Below are positions 16,450 through 23,329 of a stretch of DNA of 23,329 bases, in pieces. The position numbers were made by a program, and so were the translations under genes. A model generated the notes under the pieces. The model was given only the letters and a program-made list of their open reading frames with translations. It searched no databases and was not told the origin of the DNA. Positions within the stretch are counted from its first letter, which is position 1. Every line of letters starts with the position of its first letter. The stretch is from an uncultured Aquificales bacterium (GTDB lineage Bacteria > Thermosulfidibacterota > Thermosulfidibacteria > Thermosulfidibacterales > Thermosulfidibacteraceae): positions 1-23,329 of the forward strand of contig CAYVOC010000022.1 in assembly GCA_964453345.1 (NCBI GenBank). The letters are read 5' to 3'.

Positions 16450-17400
16450 TTGAGGGTGGCAAGCGTTGATATAGGAACCAACACGGTCAGGCTGCTTGTT
16501 GTGGATATTACAGACTCGGATATGGTCTGGGTCTTTACCGACAGGGCGGTTGTCAGGCTGGGAGAGGGTCTTTCAAGAAACGGGTTTCTCAAGGAGGAGG
16601 CCATTGAGAGAACCCTGAGGGTGCTTGAGAGGTTCAGGGAGAGCTGCGAAAGGCTGGGGGTCCGTGAGGTGTATCCCATTGCCACGGCCGCTGTTCGGGA
16701 GGCCTCCAACGGCAGGCGGTTCATTGAGGCGGTTAAAAGGAGGGTGGGCTGGGAGGTGAAGGTTATAAGCGGAGAGCAGGAGGCCTACTTTACCTATCTC
16801 GGGGTTAAATACGGGCTGGGGCTGGAGGGCGATTTCCTCGTTTTCGATATAGGCGGGGGAAGCACCGAGTATATATGCAGCAACAGAAACGGCATCAAAT
16901 TCAAGAGTCTTCCCATGGGGGTGGTCAAGCTCACGGAGGACTTTATCAAAACAGATCCGCCAACTGAGATCGAGCTTGAGAAGCTTACCCGGAGCATAAG
17001 AGGCTATCTTGACTCCTTGAAGTTTGAAAACTGCTCCGGAATTACCGTTGTGGGGACGGCAGGGACTCCCACCACCCTTGCCGCCATGGATCTGAAGCTG
17101 AAAGAATACGATCCGCAAAGGGTCCACGGCCACAGGATACCCGTTGATAGACTTGAGAAGATCAGGGACATGCTTGTTGCCATGCCCGCCGCGGAGAGGC
17201 TCAAGCTGCCGGGTATGGAGAAGGGCAGGGAAGATCTGATCGTTGCCGGTATTTTCATCGTGCTTGAGACATTGAAAAGGTTTTCGGCCCGTGAAATGGT
17301 TGTTAGCGAGTGGGGAATAAGGGAAGGAGTGATAGTGGATGCAGTCCTTAAGGGAAAGGATAGCCTTTTACAGGGAGAAGGTCAAAAAGGCGCAGGATAA
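16450..17400 (+). CDS. ppx: Ppx/GppA family exopolyphosphatase (short, single-domain form)
   Basis: [65 protein letters not shown] start with GAGGTG SD. Confidence 0.94.
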   Translation: MRVASVDIGTNTVRLLVVDITDSDMVWVFTDRAVVRLGEGLSRNGFLKEEAIERTLRVLERFRESCERLGVREVYPIATAAVREASNGRRFIEAVKRRVGWEVKVISGEQEAYFTYLGVKYGLGLEGDFLVFDIGGGSTEYICSNRNGIKFKSLPMGVVKLTEDFIKTDPPTEIELEKLTRSIRGYLDSLKFENCSGITVVGTAGTPTTLAAMDLKLKEYDPQRVHGHRIPVDRLEKIRDMLVAMPAAERLKLPGMEKGREDLIVAGIFIVLETLKRFSAREMVVSEWGIREGVIVDAVLKGKDSLLQGEGQKGAG

Positions 17401-19891
17401 GATAGTCGAGTGGAACAAAAGGGGAGTCAAGGGCTGGTTTCAGGTATATGCCTATACAAAGGAGATAGACAACATAATAAGATCCATATTGAGGGAGGCC
17501 TTTAAGTCGGCACCTCCCGGATACTCCGTTGTCGCCCTTGGTGGATACGGCAGGAAGGAGCTGAATCTCTGCTCGGATCTCGATATCATGTTTCTGTGGC
17601 GAACCCCCCTCTCCGAAGGGGAGGAGGAGAGCATAAACGCCATAATCCAGCTGTTGTGGGATCTCGGGCTCGATGTGGGGCACTCCTACAGGAGCGTGGA
17701 TGAAGCGGTATCCCTTGCAAGGGAGGACGATACGGCAAAGTGCTCCTATCTTGACGCAAGACTGCTGGGAGGAAGCCTCAATCCCTTTGTGGTGTTCATG
17801 AACAGGATACATAATCAGCTTCTCGGGAAGGATCCCGGACTCTTTTACAGGATAATGGATCGCTGGCTTGAGGAGAGATACGGCCGCTACGGATCGTCCA
17901 TGTATCTGCTCGAACCCAACGTCAAGGAGAGTCCCGGATGCCTGAGGGATCTTCACACATGCTACTGGCTGGGCAGGGAGATATACGGTGTGGTCAGCTT
18001 TTCGGATCTCAAAAAGAAGGGATTGCTCACTCCCTTGGAGTATGAGACCCTCCAGGAGGCCAGGGACTTTTTGTGGAGGGTCAGAAACGCCATACATCAG
18101 CGGCGCCGCAAGAAGAACGATATACTCACCATAGACATACAGCCTGACATAGCCTATCAGCTCGGCTACAGGGATACCCGGGGGCTTTTAGGGGTTGAGT
18201 ATTTCATGAAGGACTTTTACAACCACGTCAGGAATGTCAGAAGGGTGACCAAGGCCTTCCTTTTGAGGACCAAGGAGGAGCTGTTCCCGGAGGTTTCGGT
18301 CTGCTTTGAGCATCTCAAGGTTTTGCTGGAGGAGAGGTTTGAGACCCCTGCCCACTTTCTCAGGGAGGTGAAAAGGCTTCTCGATATGGGGGCCGACTTT
18401 GAGCAGTTTTACAGGGGATTCTGGGTGCCGCCCCTCCACTGGAAGGAGTCCCACATGATGTCTAAGGAAACCCGGGAGGCCTTTGTGGAGCTTCTGAACA
18501 ATCCAAAGAGCTATGGTGCGCTCAACTTTTTGCACGAGATAGGGTTTCTCGAGCGGCTGATTCCGGAGTTCGGCAAGATCACCGGCCTTATGCAGTTTGA
18601 TCTGTATCACAAGTTTACGGTGGATGAGCACACCCTTCTTGCGATAAGAAATTTGGAATCCCTGAGGGATGTGGATCATCCCATGTATCACACCCTTAAG
18701 ACCCTGTATTTGAAGCTCCTTGAGAGCGGGCACAAATACAGACTGGTCCTCGCCCTGTTATTGCACGATATAGGTAAGGGCAAGGGGGGAGGCCATTCTG
18801 CAAGGGGGGCCAGGATCGCCTCAGAGGTCCTTGAGAAGATGGGCTTTCCTGAGGAGGATATAGACATCATAACCTTTCTGGTGAGGAACCACACCGTTAT
18901 GTCGGAGTTCGCCTTCAGAAGGGATATATCCAACAGAAAGACGGTGGCTTCCTTTGCTTCCATAGTGGGGGACGAGTATAGACTCGGGCTTCTGTATCTG
19001 CTCACCTATGCCGATGTTTCCGCCATATCCCCCGATCTGTGGAACGATTGGAAGGCTGCCCTCCTTGAAAGCCTCTACCTTCAAACTTTGAATATGTTTA
19101 CAAGATCCCACGATTCTTACGAAATAGATCCCTCCTCCTTCAGGATCCTGGTTGGGGAGATATACCGGAGGCTTGGAAAAAGGGTGCCTCTGGATGAGGT
19201 GGAGAGAAGATTAAGGCAGATACCGGATGAGGATCTGGTCTCCCTTTCGCCGGAGCTTCTCGCCGTTGTTGTGTCGTGCATGCTGCAGACCGATGAGAGG
19301 CGTGTATGCGCTAACTGGCACGCTGAGGAGATAGAGGGGGTGACCAAGCTGGTGGTTGTGGATGCGACGGGAAGATCCGACATGGACAAGGTGGTGGGGG
19401 TGATCTCCTCCCGCAGGTTGAACATCCAGTCCGCACAGCTGGTGAAAAGCAGAGACGGCAGGGCGATATACATCATAGAGGTAACCATGCCCGACTTCAC
19501 CCCCGTGAAGGATGAGGGTAAACTGCAGGATGTGGCTTCTGCCGTTCAGAAGGCCATCCTCGGCGAGATCGATGTGGAGGAGGAGCTGAAGAAGAGGCGC
19601 GTGCGAATATCAAAAAAGGAAAGGGTGGTTAAGATTAACACCAAGGTCAGGCTCGACAACTCTCTACTCGACAAGTTTACGGTTGTTGAGGTGAAAACCC
19701 AGGACAGGATGGGCCTTCTCTATCAGATAATAAAGATACTGAAATCCCTGGGCCTTGAGATTCACATGGCGAAGGTCAGCACCGAGGGAAACAGGGCGGT
19801 TGACACCTTTTACGTCACCCGCAACGGTCAGAAGCTGAAGGAGTTCCAGTTCCCGGAGGTAATAAGGGCTTTGAAGACCGCCCTCGGTTAG
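17339..19891 (+). CDS. glnD: [Protein-PII] uridylyltransferase/uridylyl-removing enzyme
   Basis: ALGGYGR.EL...SDLDI nucleotidyltransferase motif, [17 protein letters not shown] domain (YH.FTVDEH...LLHDIGKG...HS..GA), C-terminal ACT domains (QDRMGLLY...AKVST.G.RA.DTFY). Confidence 0.95.
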   Translation: MQSLRERIAFYREKVKKAQDKIVEWNKRGVKGWFQVYAYTKEIDNIIRSILREAFKSAPPGYSVVALGGYGRKELNLCSDLDIMFLWRTPLSEGEEESINAIIQLLWDLGLDVGHSYRSVDEAVSLAREDDTAKCSYLDARLLGGSLNPFVVFMNRIHNQLLGKDPGLFYRIMDRWLEERYGRYGSSMYLLEPNVKESPGCLRDLHTCYWLGREIYGVVSFSDLKKKGLLTPLEYETLQEARDFLWRVRNAIHQRRRKKNDILTIDIQPDIAYQLGYRDTRGLLGVEYFMKDFYNHVRNVRRVTKAFLLRTKEELFPEVSVCFEHLKVLLEERFETPAHFLREVKRLLDMGADFEQFYRGFWVPPLHWKESHMMSKETREAFVELLNNPKSYGALNFLHEIGFLERLIPEFGKITGLMQFDLYHKFTVDEHTLLAIRNLESLRDVDHPMYHTLKTLYLKLLESGHKYRLVLALLLHDIGKGKGGGHSARGARIASEVLEKMGFPEEDIDIITFLVRNHTVMSEFAFRRDISNRKTVASFASIVGDEYRLGLLYLLTYADVSAISPDLWNDWKAALLESLYLQTLNMFTRSHDSYEIDPSSFRILVGEIYRRLGKRVPLDEVERRLRQIPDEDLVSLSPELLAVVVSCMLQTDERRVCANWHAEEIEGVTKLVVVDATGRSDMDKVVGVISSRRLNIQSAQLVKSRDGRAIYIIEVTMPDFTPVKDEGKLQDVASAVQKAILGEIDVEEELKKRRVRISKKERVVKINTKVRLDNSLLDKFTVVEVKTQDRMGLLYQIIKILKSLGLEIHMAKVSTEGNRAVDTFYVTRNGQKLKEFQFPEVIRALKTALG

Positions 19892-21054
19892 GTTCCTGCA
19901 ACATGCCTGATAATGTCGAGGGCCTGACGGCACTCCTCTTCCCTGACGATCAGGGGGGGAAGCAACCTCACCACGTTCCCCGCTGCCGGGACAAGAAGCA
20001 ACCCCTCTTTAAGCGCCCTCTCCACGAACCTTTGAGCGTTGTCCGTTTCAAAGCCTAAAAGAAGCCCAAGCCCCCTGACCCTGCCGGGAAAGATTTCCTC
20101 CAGCCCTTCCCTCAGCATCTTGCCTGTGCGCCTTGCCCTTTCCCACAGGCGCTCCCTCAGCATGACGTTCAACACTTCGAAGGCCACCCTGCATGCGAGG
20201 GGGTTGCCCCCGAAGGTTGATGCGTGAACCCCGGGTTCAACTGCTTCCGCGACCCTTCTGTTGATGAGGGTTGCCCCTATGGGGAACCCATTACCAAGGG
20301 CCTTTGCCAGGGTCATTATATCCGGCTCGATGCCGAACAGGGTGTGGGCGAATAGACTGCCGCATCTTCCCATACCCGTTTGCACCTCATCCACAATGAG
20401 GAGCAGGTTGTGTGAGTCGCATATCTTCCTCAGCCTTTTTAGAAAGTCCTGGGGGGGAACCACAACTCCTCCCTCACCCTGGACAGGCTCGACCATAACC
20501 GCCACGGTTTCGTCGTCAATGGCTCTTTCCACCGCATCCGCATCCCCAAAGGGAACATGCACAAACCCCTCCGGAAGGGGATCAAAGCCCATCTTAACCT
20601 TTTTCTGCCCCGTGGCGGAGATCATGGCCAAGGTCCTTCCGTGGAAGGATCCCTCAAAGGTTATGACCTTGTAGGCTCCCCTTCTGTTCCTTTTGCCCCA
20701 GAGCCTTGCAAACTTCACCGCCGCCTCGTTTGCCTCGGCGCCCGAGTTGCAGAAGAAGACCCTCTCTGAAAAACTCACCTTGTTGAGCAGCTCTGCGAGC
20801 CTTGCCTGCCAGGGGATGTGGTATAGATTGCTCACATGCCACAGGGTTTCGGCCTGATCCTTCAGGGCCGCCACTATGCGCGGGTGACAGTGCCCTAAGG
20901 AGACCGTTGCGATTCCCGATGCGAAGTCTAAGTATCTTTTTCCATTGTCGTCCCACACATAACAGCCCCTGCCCTTCACCAGAACCACAGGGTATCTTGA
21001 GTAGGTGTGGGCTATGTTGTTGTCGCCTATCTCTATGTAGTTCCTCTTACGCAT
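19888..21054 (-). CDS. argD: Acetylornithine aminotransferase (class III PLP enzyme)
   Basis: [67 protein letters not shown] (PLP Lys), [12 protein letters not shown]. Confidence 0.92.
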   Translation of the reverse strand: MRKRNYIEIGDNNIAHTYSRYPVVLVKGRGCYVWDDNGKRYLDFASGIATVSLGHCHPRIVAALKDQAETLWHVSNLYHIPWQARLAELLNKVSFSERVFFCNSGAEANEAAVKFARLWGKRNRRGAYKVITFEGSFHGRTLAMISATGQKKVKMGFDPLPEGFVHVPFGDADAVERAIDDETVAVMVEPVQGEGGVVVPPQDFLKRLRKICDSHNLLLIVDEVQTGMGRCGSLFAHTLFGIEPDIMTLAKALGNGFPIGATLINRRVAEAVEPGVHASTFGGNPLACRVAFEVLNVMLRERLWERARRTGKMLREGLEEIFPGRVRGLGLLLGFETDNAQRFVERALKEGLLLVPAAGNVVRLLPPLIVREEECRQALDIIRHVAGT

Positions 21055-21877
21055 AGCTGTGCAACCCCGATATTATCAGGTTAACGCCCAAGTATGTGAA
21101 GAGAACAGCGGCGAATCCTAAAATGGAAAGAAAGGCCGCCTTCTTCCCCTTCCAGCCGCGCATGTATCTTGCGTGCAGAAAGGCTGCGTATATGAACCAG
21201 GTTATAAGGGACCAGGTCTCCTTGGGATCCCAGCTCCAGTAGGAACCCCATGCGTAGTGTGCCCAGGCGGCTCCCGTGACTATTCCGAGTGTCAGCAGGG
21301 GAAATCCCACAAGAACGGCCTTGTAGTTGATCTCATCTAAGGTTTCGGGGCTGGGAAGCCTCTCCCAGAATCCTCCCTTTTTATTCAGCCTTAGAAGATA
21401 CATTATGCTCGCTCCGCAGGAGACGGCGAAGGCGGCATAAGAAAGGAAGGCCGTTATAACATGGGCTATGAGCCAGTTGCTCTGAAGCGCCGGTATCAGG
21501 GGTTCCACTTCCGTCCTTATACCCGGGCCGCCCAAGGAGGTGTAGGCCAGTATGAGGAAGGTGAAGGGGGTGACGAAGGCGCCAAGGGTTCTGTTTTTGT
21601 ATTTGAGTTCGAAGAGGAACAGTAGCCATGCTATGGCCCAGGCGAAGAAGACCATGGACTCATACAGGTTGGTGAAGGGGGCATGCCCCCACCCCTTCTG
21701 TATGCTTATGTAGGTTCTGACCACCATGGAGACGGTGAGCAGAACTCCGGTCAGAATATTCACAAGCGATGCTATCTTGCCCAGCCTTTCGCTTTTGGAC
21801 ACCACATATATCACGTATAGGACAAAGGAACCCAGCGCCGTGAAGGTTGCGTAGGCAACAAAGGTTGTGTCCTTCAT
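21047..21877 (-). CDS. ccsA: System II cytochrome c biogenesis protein CcsA/ResC (WWD domain; called CcsB in some annotations)
   Basis: [48 protein letters not shown]. Start at ATG 21877 (TGATG overlap with the resB stop, SD GAGGTG); GTG 21880 is an alternative. Confidence 0.96.
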   Translation of the reverse strand: MKDTTFVAYATFTALGSFVLYVIYVVSKSERLGKIASLVNILTGVLLTVSMVVRTYISIQKGWGHAPFTNLYESMVFFAWAIAWLLFLFELKYKNRTLGAFVTPFTFLILAYTSLGGPGIRTEVEPLIPALQSNWLIAHVITAFLSYAAFAVSCGASIMYLLRLNKKGGFWERLPSPETLDEINYKAVLVGFPLLTLGIVTGAAWAHYAWGSYWSWDPKETWSLITWFIYAAFLHARYMRGWKGKKAAFLSILGFAAVLFTYLGVNLIISGLHSYA

Positions 21878-23262
21878 CACTTCACCTCTTTCAACTTGTT
21901 TTTGGCATCAGAGCAGAAGCGCTCAACCCACTTTTTGAATCCCTCAAGATTCCTGTTGGTGGCAAATCCCATGGCGACCTCTGTCTCCTTGCCCTTCGGG
22001 GTTATCCATACAAAGACCCTTCTGTGGGACCAGAAAAAGGTCATGAGAATTGCACCCACAAGCAGAATGCAGCCCACCCAGACTAACCATACCCCGGGAT
22101 CCTTGCTCACCTGAAGCACCGTGTAGAATACCGGCTCAAATTTGACAAAGCTCAACTTATACCTGCTTTTCTTCTGATGAATGTTCGGGAAGAAGGCGAA
22201 AACCCACACCCTTGAAGTCTCATTCCCGGAGGATAGCTCTATCAGAGCCGCCGGGTTGTTGAGTTCGTCCGATCTCGAAGCCGGCCCTTCCGGTGTGAGA
22301 ACAAAATCCGGGTAAAAGGCCACAAGCTTCAGCTTTACCCCCATGTCCTTGACATCCTTTTCCTGTCCGACCTTAAGATCAACTTTTTCCACCTTCCCCG
22401 TCTGCTCATCCCTGATTTTTACAGTCAGAACACCTTCCCCCGATGAGAAAACACCGTAGGAGGACTGATAGAAGTATATCCCCTTGTATTTCAGCGGGTG
22501 ATTCACCTTCACCTCAGCCTCTTTAACAACCCTGCCCCCATCGAGGACCTTGACGCTGCTTATGTAGGCCTTGGGGACGTTGGGATTGTTCTTGTAAAAG
22601 ACTATCCTGAAATCCTCGCACTCTATAAAGAAGGGCAGCGCCTTGTTGCTGAAACCGCCTCTGAGAACCACGTTGTTGCTTTTGCCCCCTTCAACCAGGG
22701 TCATGTATCCTGTGAAACCGAACATGCTCCCTATCAGTCCTCCCAGAAGTATGAAGAGTATGGAAAAGTGAGTTATGTATACCCCGAGCCTGTTCAGAAG
22801 CCCCTTTTCGGCGAAGATATAAAGCGTCTCGTTCTGCTTCATCTCCTCCTTGGCCTTGAAGCCCGCCTCCCTCAGCAGGGCAAGCACCCTCTCCTTAAGG
22901 GCCTCGGGGGAACCCTTGAATCTGCCCGTGCATCTCAACTGAAGCTGGGAAAGATACTCCCTCTCCCTTATGCGGGATTCCCTTTTGAAGAACTTCAAGA
23001 CCCTCGGCAGCCTGTCTATGGAGCAGACAACCAGATTTATGGTGAAAAGTAGAAGCAGCAGTTGAAACCACCACGAATGATACATATCGTATAGCTCAAG
23101 GGCCTTTATTACCTTGGCCCAGAACTGACCGTATATGCGCTCGTATCCCTCCGGTGTCGGTTGCTGCTTTATAACGGTTCCTATTATGGAGGTGCCCGCA
23201 ATGAGGAAAAACAGAATAATGGCTGTCTTGATCGAAGAGAAAAGACTCCAGATCTTCTTCAC
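21877..23262 (-). CDS. resB: System II cytochrome c biogenesis protein ResB/CcsB(Ccs1)
   Basis: FSS.K.AI.L.....SIIGT.I.Q, L.L.D.YHSWWF...NL..CS..R, G.YITH.SI..IL.G, VNHPL.Y.G..FYQSSY, YT.LQV.KDPG..LVW.G. GTG start with GGAGG SD. Confidence 0.95.
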   Translation of the reverse strand: MKKIWSLFSSIKTAIILFFLIAGTSIIGTVIKQQPTPEGYERIYGQFWAKVIKALELYDMYHSWWFQLLLLLFTINLVVCSIDRLPRVLKFFKRESRIREREYLSQLQLRCTGRFKGSPEALKERVLALLREAGFKAKEEMKQNETLYIFAEKGLLNRLGVYITHFSILFILLGGLIGSMFGFTGYMTLVEGGKSNNVVLRGGFSNKALPFFIECEDFRIVFYKNNPNVPKAYISSVKVLDGGRVVKEAEVKVNHPLKYKGIYFYQSSYGVFSSGEGVLTVKIRDEQTGKVEKVDLKVGQEKDVKDMGVKLKLVAFYPDFVLTPEGPASRSDELNNPAALIELSSGNETSRVWVFAFFPNIHQKKSRYKLSFVKFEPVFYTVLQVSKDPGVWLVWVGCILLVGAILMTFFWSHRRVFVWITPKGKETEVAMGFATNRNLEGFKKWVERFCSDAKNKLKEVK

Positions 23263-23295
23263 TTAACCTCCCTCCCCTATCTTAAACTTGGACTT

Positions 23296-23324
23296 AGTTA
23301 AAACCCACCAGCTTCTGTTGTCAA
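23296..23324 (-). promoter_or_regulatory. Candidate sigma70 promoter of resB-ccsA-argD
   Basis: Consensus -35 TTGACA (23324-23319), N17, weak -10 TTAACT (23301-23296), about 34 nt upstream of the resB start. Confidence 0.5.
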
Positions 23325-23329
23325 CTCTT

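Noticed and set aside
11597..19500. Numerous 60-250-aa antisense or alternate-frame ORFs within addA, addB, ppx and glnD
   Set aside because: All are nested in conserved genes and show no recognisable motifs.
19888..21054. Possibility that the aminotransferase next to ccsA is HemL (heme pathway)
   Set aside because: Its motifs ([36 protein letters not shown]) and 388-aa length are ArgD-type, not HemL-type (SGTEA, YHGH, DEVMTGFR, GTLSGNP).
7643..23262. Porin-cytochrome extracellular electron transfer conduit (porin plus ccs genes)
   Set aside because: I found no CxxCH-containing protein in the window, and the ccs genes are 12 kb away on the other strand.
1..23329. tRNA/rRNA genes, CRISPR arrays, IS elements, riboswitches
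   Set aside because: All intergenic gaps are 80 bp or shorter and show no such structure by eye. A tRNAscan/Rfam run would be the formal check.

Overview
Very compact, almost entirely coding chromosomal window from a Gram-negative bacterium. Heavy AGG/AGA and ATA codon use and Glu/Lys-rich proteins suggest a thermophile, perhaps Thermodesulfobacteriota/Aquificota-like (inference only). It holds about 19 CDS in five blocks: (-) DUF507a-DUF507b-bamD-cvpA-amrB/MEMO (amrB is cut by the window edge and missing from the ORF track); (+) rdgB-pgsA-DUF512 radical SAM; (-) uvrB; (+) PaaI thioesterase, Desulfovibrio-type major porin, terminator, FG-GAP secreted protein, AddA helicase, separate AddA-type nuclease ORF, AddB, ppx, glnD; (-) resB-ccsA-argD. 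I saw no tRNA, rRNA, CRISPR array, transposase or integrase. This is mostly housekeeping DNA and I cannot support a clearly new multi-gene system. The best leads are: (1) an AddA split into helicase and nuclease ORFs offset by +1, with a prfB-like GTT-TGA-C at the junction; (2) interleaved divergent promoters predicting leaderless or near-leaderless paaI and uvrB mRNAs; (3) a porin locus with tandem Shine-Dalgarno sequences and a coupled mini-ORF, followed by a terminator and an uncharacterised Ca-binding FG-GAP protein; (4) the DUF507 pair coupled to bamD-cvpA, and DUF512 coupled to pgsA.
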